Part shown: in pieces, positions 13,031 to 32,900 of the stretch
How positions within the stretch are numbered: the first letter of the stretch is position 1
How the letters are laid out: each line of letters begins with the position of its first letter
Assembly: GCA_973895155.1 (NCBI GenBank)
Contig: OZ316897.1
Location: forward strand, 6,562,470-6,626,469
From: Marsupella aquatica
Lineage: Eukaryota > Plantae > Marchantiophyta
Reading direction: 5' to 3'
DNA: 64,000 nucleotides
Translations under genes and position numbers: made by a program
Notes under the pieces: model-generated
What the model saw: the letters and a program-made list of their open reading frames with translations, nothing else
Databases searched by the model: none
Told to the model about the DNA's origin: nothing

Positions 13031-14009
13031 AAAGATTGAGGTAAAATTGTTCCCCAAAATGGTTTTATTTATATTTTGATTTTATTCAAAACATAAAATT
13101 TCCCGGTAGCACTTTTCAATTTGACATTGTTGAGTCAAATCATAATGAAAACTCACGTATAATATGGCGTAAGAAAGATCTTGAAGAGACGGTCCTGATG
13201 AGCTCAACATTGTCATCATTCGGTAAAAATTGAGTAAGTAATTTGAAAAAATAAATTTACCCATGATTTCATAATCTCTAATGTGAATATAAATCTTTGT
13301 TATACAACCCCTGAAATGTTGACCCTTTCTATGAGAATGAACCTAAAATTGACAAATTTTATTGAGTACTAAGGAGATTATGAATTTTAGAATTTCTTTA
13401 GCTTTTTAACATTGATAAATTTAGTTGAGTTACGAGGAGATTATAAGTTTCCAATGTTCTTTACCTTTCCAATGAATGTAACATTGGGAGATTTTATCAA
13501 ATACTAAATGGTCATGAGTTTCTAAATTTCTCTAGCTTTTGATTGATTTTGAATTTCACAATTGGAGATTTGTTTCCATGAAACTTTTTGTCTTAAATGA
13601 TTATGCAAAGTTAATGATTTGATGACACCGATGACTTCTCTCTCTTCGTCTATCTACGTGTAGGAATTGAAAGTGATTACTTTCGATGCAACCTGAGTGC
13701 ATCTAGCATCCCTTCGGTACCGTGGAGGACACCGTCGAGCACCATTTTGCTGAAGTGGACAATTAAGCTACCCACACATTAAACATTAGTTCACATTGCA
13801 GCTGGTTTTGCGATTGATGTTAATTATGGTTACCTTGGTAAGTTTGGCAATTGTTTCAAATGTCAAAAATTGACTTGTCCATTTTTGAATTTTTTTTCTT
13901 TAGATTTGGAGGTCCATCTAGGCTTCACTTTCTAGATAACTGTCTCTAAAATAACATGGGGATCCACGGATTAATTCACATGGATGTGACAAATCACATG
14001 CAACAAAAT

Positions 14010-14287
14010 ATAGACCATTTAAATCATTTTGAGGAAAAATCATTGAATTGTTGTGGGAATTATATGTTGTCTAATTGAAAAATGTCACATGTCATCATAT
14101 GATGGGTGCCTTACAACTTAATTTAAAGCGATTAAGGGGGGTTATTTATTATAGACCATTTAAATCATTTTGAGGAAAAATCATTGAATTGTTGCGGGAA
14201 ATATATGTTTGTCTAATTGGAAAATGCCACATGTCATCATACGATGGGTGCCATACAACTTAATTTAAAGCGATTAAGGGGGGTTAT
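14010..14287. repeat. Tandem duplication, 2 x ~141 bp
   Basis: The unit atagaccatttaaatcattttgagg...gcgattaagggggg starts at 14010 and again at 14151 with few substitutions. Confidence 0.95.
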
Positions 14288-14418
14288 AAATAACCCAAAC
14301 CGTTAAATATGATGTTCTATAGTGACCCCCCCAACTTCCATGTTGCTCCAAGAGCCTACACTCTCTGTCCAAGAGCCCACACTCTCTCTTCCTACCGTGA
14401 GTTTCTCATCACAAGTGA

Positions 14419-15074
14419 CACTACATGGTTGGAACACCACGAATTGAATTGGGGAGCATTTTGTGGCAAAGGGTAATGTAGCGTATGTTGAGCATAGACG
14501 ACAATCGCAACGGCAAGCCCATGAACCATCCAACGCACAAGAGTCGACACAAAGAGATACGTGGTTCACCCCCATATGAAGCTACATCCACGAGAACACA
14601 CACGAGCTTTACTGCACTCTAGGCCGACCTGCCATACCAAGCATCCACAGTGCAAGCTCTCTCTATCTCTCAAATAGCTTCGTAATAATGAGCCTGAGTT
14701 CCCACTCTCCAAGCAAACAACGTTTGGTTATAGAGTGTGCACAACATGACTAACCTAACCAAGTTTGCAACTAAGGTTAGCCTTAACTCTCGGGGGTTTC
14801 ACTTCCACAAAAATGGCATATCACGTGCAACGAAGGATAGGGTCATTTTATTGGTTGTAAGGGAAGACTTAAGAATTTTTGTAGAAGAACAATAGGGTCT
14901 TTTAAATTCAATTTTGAGACTTATAAGAACATTAGGGTCTTTTTAATCCAATTTTTGGAATATTCTAAGAATATTCCAACTTTATAGGGGTTAAAAAATA
15001 ATATTTTTTTCTTACATTTTAGGGGGTCCAAGGCCTAAAAACGTCGCAGGTGATGGGGAGGTCCCCATGTAGTG
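14419..15074. mobile_element. Non-autonomous CACTA (En/Spm) element containing an LTR fragment
   Basis: Perfect 10-bp TIRs CACTACATGG (14419) and CCATGTAGTG (ends 15074); 3-bp flanks TGA/AGA (2/3). Segment 14790-15072 recurs inverted at about 32038-32303. Confidence 0.65.
14486..14787 (-). mobile_element. Copia-type LTR fragment nested in the CACTA element
   Basis: Starts tgttg and contains gatacgtggttcaccccatatgaagctacatccacg, similar to the core of the LTR at 30374-30714. No TSD. Confidence 0.5.
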
Positions 15075-15329
15075 AGACCCCCGAGCCTTAACTACAGTAC
15101 AGTCGTGACTCTAGACCTAAGAGTAAATCCTAACAGCGTACAAGCAAGCAGTAAAACAAAATTCCTGTTATGAGAGGAAAAAGTTAATGCTACAAGGAAA
15201 AAGACATTAAGAATCACTCCTGACTTGCTAACAATACTCTCCTTGCTAACAACAATTCATGTATGCTCGCATCATGCAATACCTTGTTTTGCCTAGGGTG
15301 ATTGCCAATGCTGCCATTTTAGCAGCAGC

Positions 15330-15520
15330 CTGTTCCCATTTGAGTGGTCAGCCTCCATCCATTTTGGGATATTGGGTGACGTTGGAAGGACCTACTCCTG
15401 CTAGTCTTCTCTTTTCCTTTGTTAGTTTTTTGGTTCTGTTGTTGTGGCTTGGACTCTTGGGTTTGTGTGGCCTATTTGGTCTCCTTGGGGTCTCCCTCTT
15501 CCCCCCCTTCATTGACTTTT
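15330..15520 (-). repeat. Dispersed repeat family member (related to 47100-47400 and 56270-56640)
   Basis: Reverse complement ggagaccaaataggccacacaaacccaagagtcc resembles gaggaccaaagaggccccacaaactcgagagtcc at 56403. Confidence 0.45.
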
Positions 15521-15569
15521 TTTTCGTTTTGTTCTTTTACACTATGATATATACTACCACATCTGATGC

Positions 15570-15715
15570 TCTTTTTTTCCTCTAAAAAACCAATTGAATT
15601 TCACGACAGCTGGTGCTCATTTTATTTCCTCTAAAAAACCAGTTGAATTTCACCACAGCCGATTCTCATTTTTTTTGCTCTAAAAAACCAATAAAATTTA
15701 ACCACAGCCAATGCT
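15570..15715. repeat. Three diverged ~50-bp tandem units
   Basis: Motif ctctaaaaaacca...aattt..c.acagc...tgctc occurs three times. Confidence 0.8.
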
Positions 15716-15733
15716 CTTACACCTTTCCCTTAA

Positions 15734-15952
15734 ACCACACCTGCCCCTGTAAAGGGCTATGGGTAACCCGTAGCTCTCGTTCTAAGTTGTAGAAGTTTAG
15801 AAATGGGCTTTGAGCTCCACAAAAGGTGCTGACTGCAAAACCTTGTTTTGGCAAGTACTTCACAAAACATGCTAGTGTTCCACCGCTAGTGTTCCACCTT
15901 TTATGGTGAGTAGTGAGACATGGAATGAGACTTTTATAGTGACAGGTGTGGT
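15734..15952. mobile_element. 219-bp MITE-like element flanked by TTAA
   Basis: Left end accacacctgcccctgtaaagg matches the reverse complement of the right end, accacacctgtcactataaaag. TTAA at 15730-15733 and 15953-15956. A related left end occurs at 3473. Confidence 0.7.
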
Positions 15953-15973
15953 TTAAGATAACTCAAGGCAACT

Positions 15974-17411
15974 ACATTAATTACGGACCCCACTAGTAGA
16001 GGTCCCTTCCAAAATTCCTGGCACCAGCGCGTGCCACATCAACAACAACCGCAACAAACAAGACTCGTCGGTTTTGTGAATCAAACTTACGGTTTTCATT
16101 CGTGTTTGTGTCAATTTGGGTGTAAATTTTGGGACGCCATGCTGTAAAATGAAATGTAAAAATTTGGAAATGTAAAGAGCAAGACAGGTAAAACTGTCAC
16201 TATGTAACTTATTAATGGAAATAACATGATATTTTCAGATTCCTTTTAGTTACGTATCCAATTTTAAAAATTAAATTCAAAGATTTGAAAAATATTTTTC
16301 ATATAATAAACAATGACTAATAACTAACTTGATAACTTCCTTGTTAATGCGTAACTAGCACATGGAGTAAGATTTCCAACCTTTTGCAATTCAAGCAAAC
16401 CGCCATGGTTGAAACTTGAACTCAATGAATTGATACAATTCATTTGATCAGACATTGATCTGGTTTCAAATGGACTTGCCACAAATGGACTATTGACTGT
16501 CTTGAGAATTTGGTTGCATGTAGCGAAAAGGCCTGATTTTGACAACTGCTTGTGATAAATCATGTTGTGGACTTTGGCCTGCAAAGCAATGTATTCATGT
16601 GGCAGTTGAAAAAATGTCAAACTGCTCAGGCCATCGCTGAATGGGTCCACAATGATTTCGTGAGAAAATCTATCCTACTTGTTCAACACAACATGACTAC
16701 CAGCTTCCCTTCCTAATCAGACTTCTCACTTCTCAAAGCTAGCTTTGCCCTTCTCCATTTGGCGAATAGCTGCGTCAAGGTCATGAGGCTATTAACCTCT
16801 AATTCAAAATTAGTCAAAGTCAGACTTCAGTGAAATCTCCGGAATTTCCAATTATTTAAAAGTACATTGACAAATCTCCACAAATTAACAGGGCTCAACT
16901 ACTAGAAAGCTTAGGGTTCGTTGTTGAGAAAAGTAGTCTTCTCAATTGATCTTGAGAAAGTAGTTTTCTCAACTCAAAGTGCCCATGGCACTTTAGTGGT
17001 CGAATATAGTGTCATCCAATGCCCAAATCAACTAACTAAAAAAAACACTGTGCATTGGGTTTATTAATGTTCTAAAATTAGCTAAACTATCTCAGATATC
17101 TTAAGTGTTTTAATGCATGCTAGCAGAGCATTATGAACCATATTAGCCTCTCAAAACTCAAGCATAAAGCCCTCATTTTACTGGTTTACTGGTCATTATG
17201 AAGACTATTGCAAAATCACATTTGGATGAGGTAATTTATCTTATATTTTCACTAAAATTTGTAAAACTATCTCAGCATAATAATAACGTGTGTTACCAGA
17301 TCATGTTGGACCATAATTGACTCACATCTTGAGCTAAAGCTAATATAAGATACATTATTTTTACTCAAACAAGACCTAAAAAAATGTAGCTAGGGGTCCA
17401 CGAACTAATTA
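15974..17411. mobile_element. Non-autonomous TIR element (copy 2 of the 12822 family), just upstream of PEX6
   Basis: Left end taattacggaccccactag; right end ctaggggtccacgaactaatta (imperfect inverted match). The first 200 bp are homologous to 12822-13030. No clear TSD. Confidence 0.5.
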
Positions 17412-17771
17412 CAACGAAAAGATGGCATAGGCAATTAGGAGAGAGAACGGTGTAGAGTTCTGTTGCTGTAGAAAGTTTGGAAGGCTCCCAACGCTACAAA
17501 CGCAATTATTATTTAGCTCGTTGGATTTTACCCTCTGGAGAAGTGCCGTGTCGCCGGATACCGCATCTCGCTGCTGTTTTCGGGAATTGATTACTTATGT
17601 TTGCCCTTTGGCGACACGAGTGTAGTGGAGCTCGCAATCGAAGTGTGGTCAAGGTCAGACCAATTGTTCAAGTTGAATTCTAGGAAAGGAGCACGTTTGT
17701 CGAGGATGATTTCGGCAAGAACATCGAAACATATCTGCCCCTGATATGGTGCCGGACAGCTGAAGAGGAAG

Positions 17772-24947
<7,176 letters not shown>

Positions 24948-27900
24948 TCTTGGGATCCACCCTAGTTGTCAAACTTGTTCTTGACTGTTACGAAGAGGTT
25001 ACCAGCGTGCAATTTTCCACTTCGATATCAATTCAGACGCAATGTACCCTTGGGATTGACGGACAGTACGGGTCAATGAAAATATTTCATGTTATGATCT
25101 ACAGATCATATTCTTTGTATTGCTGACATCGGCCTCAAACAGTCTGGTGCCCGCCTCTATTCTTGTTTGTATTAAAGTTCGACGTTATGGCAGAATTTCT
25201 CTCAGAGCTAATGCCAATCAACCTAGTTACTAGGCCTACGAACCAGTCCACAAGGTTTGTGAAGATGTAGTAGGACTTGCCGAGGACGAAGTTATTTGGC
25301 GGATTAGGTGTCTTTGTTGTCGGAATTCGGCAGCCAGAGTTCAAGTTTGGTGATGACGATATATTGCGGATTGGAATCCAAGAAGAGTTCCTCGGCATAA
25401 AATTGGACATTCTCTATTTGGGGGAGTTGTGACCAGAAACATGCCGTTCCTTGATTCTATATTCTGTTTGGAACGTTCTAAATTTCTTCGAGCACTTGGA
25501 GTTTTGATGACACTGGAGGTATGAATTTCTGGTGAGCTGGTGCTATTTTGACAAACCAAAAACGTGCTTCGTTTTTGAGAAAAATAATATTACAAGATTT
25601 CTTGCCTCGGCGACTAGACCGGTATGATTATAGACCCACTTCAGATTAGTAGTCCTTGTGGACGTCTTAACGATGTCACTATTAAAGAAGGGCAAACTGA
25701 AGAGAAGTTTGTGTATCAATTGATTTTTCTGTAAAATTGATTGTTTCCATAATGAACTACCTTGCAGGCGCTGGTTAAGGATTATTGTTGAGTAATATCG
25801 TTGCGAGTTTTTCTCTTCTTACAGGTTTCGGTGACTGCAAACGCAGCAGCCAGATGAGTTGGATGAGTATCGATCCTTCGACTTAGGACCGGATACAACT
25901 TGTTCTACAACCAGGCCAAACCATTCAATTGTCGTCAATTATTACTCCGGAGAACCTTATCGAATGACCATATGTATGCTGAGGGCGAGAGATTCTGTCT
26001 AAGGCTGGCAGTTCCACGCCCAGGTCTGAGCTAGTGATGTACAATAGTTTCTTACCACAATGCTGCGGAAAGACAACCTCTGCAGAAAACACGCATCTTG
26101 GAATTTTTCTACTGATTTCATGTTGTGAGTTGTCTAGTGAAGGAGATGTTCAGACTACACAACTCGTGAGATCATCATGGCTCTTGACTTCTCTGAATAT
26201 ATTATTTCTTTCACCACCTACTTCATCTCTTTGGGGTGATGCAGTACGACTTTCCACGAGGACTTTGAGCGGGAGCCTATTAAAACCCTACCAGGAAAGA
26301 GTAAGGGCTCAATCTAACAAAATAGCTATGACGTTTTGAGCTTTCTGTTGCAGAACAGTTTTCCTTCTTTGTTAGAAATAACCACGATGTGGAAATAAGT
26401 TTCAGAGAAATAAGGTTCAAGTTCTTAAGGTGCAAGCTCTTAAGGGTCAGGCCTTTTAACTCTTTTGTTCTATTGCGTTTCGTCTATTGTTCTGACATTC
26501 TTAAAGGATTATGGACATTTCACGCTCTCAAATTCCTTCGATGAATCGATATCTAATTTTACTTACAGAAGCTTAAGGAAATTGCTTCTACGCAGATTGA
26601 GATAGAGATAACTTTGATTGGAAGAGCATAATGTGAATTTTGGAAGACTGTAGAACCCTAGTTTCCTTGTTTCTTGTGGCTTTCCATTGTCTGTTTTTTC
26701 TTGTCGCTTATTTGGAGCTTTCACCTCTGTTGTTGTGGTTGATTTGAGGTCATCTGGTCTCTCATGCCATATGCTTCTTTCGCATTGAGATTATGTTTAC
26801 AAAATGATTAACGTTCCAGAAATACATTGTACAAGTAGTGCAGGACATTTGAAGTTGGCATACAGGACAAATCATGTTGACAAAAGTGGTAAATATTCAT
26901 GGAGATTTCTAACATCTCACTGGCACTGAATTAGCGTCGAACCGGTGAACTGTTTTTCAAGTTTTCTCTCGCTACTCCCGGCCCCAGGATCCGGGTTTAA
27001 CATTATTAGTTCATCTTTTCCTTGGTATCGTCGCAAAAAGTCGTTTGGCTAGTACGTCTACCTTTCTGAGCTTGGAGCCTCAAGTTGTCGTCTCAAGGTG
27101 TTTGTATCCAGGAGTTGTCTGACCTTTTTCTGCTTGTCCTTTTCTTCCACTTGCGCTGTTTCTTTCGAGTATTTCTTTTCAATTGGTTGGGTGTGGGTGT
27201 GAGTGGAGGAGAGTAACAAGGACACAATCATAACAATTACTGAATTATTATCTCCTATGTCACTCTACTATTCCTGATGTAGGCTGACATCCAAGCACCA
27301 ATCTTCTGGCTCCAAAGGATTGTCCAATCCCTATGACCCTGTTGCTACAGGTGGGACCCCACTTGCGCGAATGTACAAGCTACAATGATGCCTCGAGCCT
27401 AGAGTTGGAGACCCTAAACTCAACCTGATTGGTAAGCTTGCCACTGAAAGCCTTCGTTCTCGGGAAACCCCCATTATTCTTGGAGTTTTCGTTCTGAACC
27501 ACCCTCCCGTATGACCTATCGAACAGATCGAACAGAAACTCCACAGGTCATCTGCCCTCCTGGCCCAGCACTCACTAAAATCGTGCATTCGAATGTGAAT
27601 GCTATAACCTTTTAAAACATAGAGTGACATTTTACAATATATGCCTGAGGCCTTTCGTTTGCACAGAGAAAGCGAATGGTTGACATTGGAATGCAAACGT
27701 TTTCTATGCCAAACATTGAAAGCGTCTGGTTCGATTCTTTTGCCTTTAACTCCCAAATCTGACCAAAACTTAAAATTGGTGAGTTAGCAGCAGCAATTTG
27801 ATTCAATATCATTCTCAATTATAACATCAAGTTTCCAAAGATACTAATAACGAGAAGTCCAAACCGTTCAAGTTCAGTATGTTTACATCATGTATATATG

Positions 27901-28239
27901 GTATTGTATCATACTGAAAATAAAATGTAGCTCTAAAACAAGACAGAACATGCCATAAATTACATATTATATTACATATACTGTACAGTGAAATTGTCCT
28001 TGTACAGTATTTACTATCTACCTATCTTTTCCACTCTATGATAGTCCCACTTATTTTGTCGTTCTTATTATCTTTGTGTGCACTTTAAAGCCTGTAATAA
28101 TGAGCAATCAGTCTACAGTCTAAAGTCCCCAAGATTTGTTTTCCCAAAAGTTGAATGTACAAGATTTTACAAGATTTCAAATCGAAACATATTTCAAATC
28201 TTTTCGATCTCAAATCTAGCGTAAGGACAAAGTTGTTTG

Positions 28240-28255
28240 TAAGAGCATCTCCAAC
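28240..28255 (+). mobile_element. Single PIF/Harbinger (Tourist)-type terminus
   Basis: TAA followed by GAGCATCTCCAAC, the common Tourist TIR. No partner TIR found nearby. Confidence 0.4.
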
Positions 28256-29567
28256 TCTTTACTCTATTTCCTTATTCTAAACATACACTAAAGCACAATG
28301 AGTTACCTTCTCAAATAGGGACCATTCCACACTGATCTTGGACAACCCCCGAATGTAATCCGGTCAAGAGCTTATTTTGGTCAACATAGTATAACCCTAG
28401 ACATCCATAGGATCTAGTCATGGGTCAACCATTACAGGCTCGAAGTGCATATTTTCATAGGAAGCAATAAGATGGTTACAATACAAAAATAGAGAATAAT
28501 TCTAATTATATACATTTTATAACGTACATTAAGTTATCGAGCATTCTAAATTACAATGTTTATGGCATATTATCTTTATAAACTATGGGCATTTGAGTTA
28601 GGTCGGGACAAGATGACAAGTGGTATCTTAAGAAATACACTAAGTTATTAGGTCAAGGGATATTTTTCTATTTTTATTAATTTATTACTTTGAAAAAGAA
28701 ATAATAGAGAAAAAGTGCTTTAAACACAATTTTAGACCAAACTAGAAGTATCAATGCATCGAGAGAAGGGTGTTATTCGAACTTTGGCCAATTTTGATGG
28801 AATAAAAGGAAATTTTCTCTGAAAATTGCGGATCTACCAGAATTTTTATTTGTGTGCATGAAATTGCATTGAGATCTTGTGAGGACTGGCCACAAACAGA
28901 TGCTTCCAATTTTCAGCATATTTTGGGGGTTTAAGGTTGAGGGTTTAGGGTTTCCTTCCCAAAAACCTTCCATTTAGAGGAGAACAACAAAATACATCAT
29001 TTTCATCAAGACAGTTTGGATATAATTAAGCTTTTCACTTCCTAGACACAATACCAAACTAAAAGGAAACACTGAGCAGGTATATATGGGACATTCACTA
29101 TAGTAACCAGACCAACAAATGTCTGATAATGTCAAACAAATCCCTATCCCAAAACATTAAACTAATACTTGAATACAAATACGCAATACTACTTAGTAGT
29201 ATCATGTTGGTCCAAGAAGTCAAGAAAATCAAGAAGGAAATCAAACCCCAAGAATCGCACAGATTTCTTAAATCCACCTTTACACCATTGTCAAAAACAA
29301 GACCCACAGTTACAAAAAACCACAACTTGAAAACATCTGACCCTTTTAATTCTTTGGCACTAATTTGCTGTTTAACAAACTGATCAATCAGAATTGACCA
29401 TAACCAGCAATTCTGGCAAGTAAATTGTAGAGCTGGGTCTGTTTACTAACCAAAAACGGGTCCAAAAGGAGGAGGTAGTGGCTGGGAAGAAAATCATGCC
29501 TCCCAAATGCAACATGATGGCTAGGCAAGTGTAATTTTAGCGGCTCTACAATTGTTGAAACTATGTG

Positions 29568-29588
29568 AAACCCTAAACCCTAAACCCT
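29568..29588. repeat. Interstitial plant telomere-type repeat (AAACCCT)3
   Basis: aaaccctaaaccctaaaccct; a degenerate copy in the opposite orientation lies at 28927-28953. Confidence 0.7.
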
Positions 29589-30373
29589 CAAAAGTGCAAT
29601 GCACAATTCTAATTTTTTTTGAGCGCAACATGTTTCATGTGGACACTATGCTTAATATATGATTGCACGTCTACTAAATTGGGTTCATCCACTGCGCGCT
29701 TCAAGATGAGAGCAAGCACAACTGACTTCCTATTTGCATTGACACAGTTAGAACCACTTTAGTTTTGAAATTTTCTATAATGAGAATTACTTTTTATTGA
29801 TCTAAGCTGCAATGGATTGAACAACAATTCTTGTATTGGACTTTGTACTCCCCTCACTACTCCTGGTCAACCCTCCCGTCAACCCTCCAACTTTAGATCA
29901 TCCCGGGGATCATCCCTAAGGACCAATCTTGACTTGCACCAACACCCTTGATCAGGCAGGCTTTCTAAATAAATTTTTGCAATGCTAACGGGAGTACACT
30001 TATACTTGGTCTTATAGGTACTTATTATAATTGGCTATCATATAGGTATATTGTTGGTTGCTTTCTACAAAGCGCTTTGCAATTATACTCCTATTACTAT
30101 CCTGCTGTTGAATGCAAGAGTAATATTTGTATTGCGGTGGCACTCCATGACCAAAGCAAGGTATTCAAACAGGAATATGTATGCATGTGGAAGATATTTA
30201 TGGTAACAGTTACTCTTGCTAGATACGAGCTTGTGATCTGTTGAAAAGCGTTTGCAAAAGTGATTTTTTTAAAGTGGGCACTCAATAGTATATGGAGTCA
30301 AAGTCTATGATATAAAGCTAACTTAACCCAAATTTGTGAGTGCATAGGATGATCCCCATATCATTATCTGCAT

Positions 30374-30714
30374 TGTAGGAAGGAAATGAACAGCACAATG
30401 TCTAACTTTTATCCAACACAAGGCACACAAGTACACTGACACAAGGCTATGTGATTCACCCCATATGGGCTACGTCCATGGTCGAACCAAGAGCTCCACT
30501 ATGAACACAAAATTAAAGTACATATCACCATAGCTCCATGGTCCAAGATTTTTCTCTCTCACACAAAGTTCACAACAAAATGCTCTCTCTTTGTGGGATA
30601 CAAAGAGGGTTATATCCCTCCATGATCGAAGAGTCCAGTTAACTAATATTAAGGTTAACTTACTCTAGTTCTTGCTCTAGTTAACCTAGCCAAGGTTGAG
30701 TCAAAACCCTAACA
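30374..30714 (-). mobile_element. Copia-type LTR (solo or truncated)
   Basis: TGTAGG...CCTAACA termini, internal gtgattcaccccatatgggctacgtcca motif, CT-rich tracts and a TATA-like box. No TSD or PBS. Confidence 0.6.
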
Positions 30715-30809
30715 AACTACTCGGCTCTTGACTCTAGCCTTGGGGTAGCTACTAGCAATCTGAAGCTAAGATTTGCAGTGAATTGCAATGTATTGCAAAA
30801 TCCCTTCAG

Positions 30810-32900
30810 TTGAAACATCTTGCATACATGGTTGGGGCAGTTGAGTGATGAAATATTGACAGCCTTGGCAAACAAAGATTTGTTACAAGGAGCTCAATCT
30901 GGTGAACTCTCCTTCTGTGAAAGTTGCATTTATGGCGGGATTTATGGCAAGCAAAGAAGAGTAAGTTATAGTTCTAGTTCCTACCATTCTCATGAGATTC
31001 TTGAGTATGTACATTCAGATGTTTGGGGTTTAGCTCTAGAGCCGTTGTTGGGTGGAGCTAGATATTTGGTGACGTTTGTAGACAATTATTCTCAAATTTG
31101 TTGGTTGTATTACATGATCGAAGAAGAAGTCTCAAGTATTTGAGATTGTTAAGGAGTGGAAAACCATGGTGGAGCTATATAGACAGGGAAGTAGTAGAAG
31201 TGTGTTTGGTCTTATAATGGTGGCGAGTATAATCCAATGACTTTGACCAATTTGTTTGGAACCTTGGCCTTACATGTCATTACACTATAATGGAGAACCC
31301 ACAACAAAATAGAGTTGTACAATGGTTGAATCAAACATTACTAGATAAAGCACGCAACATGCTATGTAGTCCAAGTTGCATATTAACAGTTGTTGGGCTG
31401 AAGTTGTCAACCAAGCTACATACGTTTACAATCTATCATTGCACAATCTTGCACAATAGTGATGCAAACTCCATTTGAATTGTGGCATAAGAGACCTGCA
31501 AGGAGACCGGCTGATTATCTAGCTAGACTACAAGTATTTGGTTGTGTTGCCTATGTTCACATTGAGTAGACACATATAGGTCTAAGTTGGATCCCAAGTC
31601 TAGGAAATATGTTTTTCAGGCTTTAGTCGTGGGCAGAAGGGCCATAAATTGTGGGATCCTATTGATTGCAAGGCGGTTATGAGCAGATATGTTGTTTTTG
31701 GCAAAGAATGGTTGTCAAGACCCCGGGTTAACCAAGAGGAGGAGGTGGAAGAACCCACTATAGCGGAGCTTGATGGTGTTGAGGAAGCTGCTGGTTTGGT
31801 AGAGATGCAATTCCTCAACTGAGGCGCTAGGGTAGACACTCCACTAGGGCCAATTTTGGCCAACCCCCTGATAGATTTGGTTTAATTTGCAGATCCTCAT
31901 GTTCACTTGGTTGAGCACAACAATGATCTTAGTGTTATTTTGCTCACTTAGGATGGAGACCTCTCTAGCTATGACCAAACTATGGCTCACCAAAGAAGGA
32001 AAAGTGGATGGAGGCAATGTTGAAGAGATGAATTTGTCTATATGGATGCCTCCCCATCCCCTGCAACATTTTTAGGTCTCTAACCCCCTAATGTAAGAAA
32101 TTCAACCCCTATAAAGTTGGAATATTCTTGGAAAAAATTTGGTTAGAAATACCCTAATGTTCTTATAAGTCTCAAAATTGAATTTAACAGACCCTATTGT
32201 TCTTCTTCAAAAAATTCTTAAGTCTTCCCTTCAAACCAATAAAATGACCCTATCCTATGTCGCACGTGATGTGCCATTTTTGTGGAAGTGAAACCCTTGA
32301 GTGTTGAACAAACATGCCTCGCAAGAAGACACTAGTTCTGTGTGAATGATTGTATGAGAAGAACCATGATGACACTTACAAGGCACGCCTTGTGGCCAAA
32401 GGGTACGTGCCCATAATGAGGGCTTAGACTACACAGAAATTTCTCACTAATTGTCAAAAACTTGCTATTATCTATGTTTTACTTGCGAGTGTGGCATTGG
32501 ATGACCTTGAAATAAGATGGATGTTTTACTGCTTTCTTGCATGGATTGCTTGATGTGGAGATTAAATATCATGACTCAGTCTCAAGGTTGTATTGACGAG
32601 AAGACCACCAATTTGGTGTGTAAGCTCTTGCGTTCATTATACAGTTTAAAGCTGCAGAGTCCTAAACAATTTTTGGAAGAAGTATTTTGATTCCTTCATG
32701 TTATCTTAGGGGTTCATGCACAATGAACATGATTGTTGTATTTACTTGAAGAAAGTGAAGAATTCCTCACTTTTTAGTTACACTGTGTTGGCGCTGTACG
32801 TGGATGACATGTTGAATTGAACCTTACTGAGATTAAGCCTGATATTACCCATTTGAAAGCAATCATATGTTGAGTAAGGAGTTTTCAATGACTAACGGTA
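30810..32900 (+). mobile_element. Degenerate Ty1/copia pol (GAG-pre-integrase, integrase, partial RT)
   Basis: HTWLGQLS...FCESCIYG...LEYVHSDVWG...GARYLVTFVDNYS; NPQQNRVV..LNQTLLDKARNML; RLQVFGCVAYVH; SKLDPKSRK; KLWDP; TYKARLVAKGY; ALYVDDML. Many stops and frameshifts. Confidence 0.92.
32038..32303 (-). mobile_element. CACTA-derived fragment inserted in the copia pol
   Basis: Reverse-complement match to about 14790-15072, e.g. accctaatgttcttataagtctcaaaattgaattta...gccatttttgtggaagtgaaaccc. Confidence 0.8.

Noticed and set aside
13196-13250. Hammerhead ribozyme core (CTGATGA followed by a gctcaa/ttgagt stem)
   Set aside because: The required GAAA after stem II and stems I/III are missing.
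27331-27818. Two overlapping minus-strand ORFs behind a plausible acceptor
   Set aside because: No family motif and no consistent exon chain could be built.
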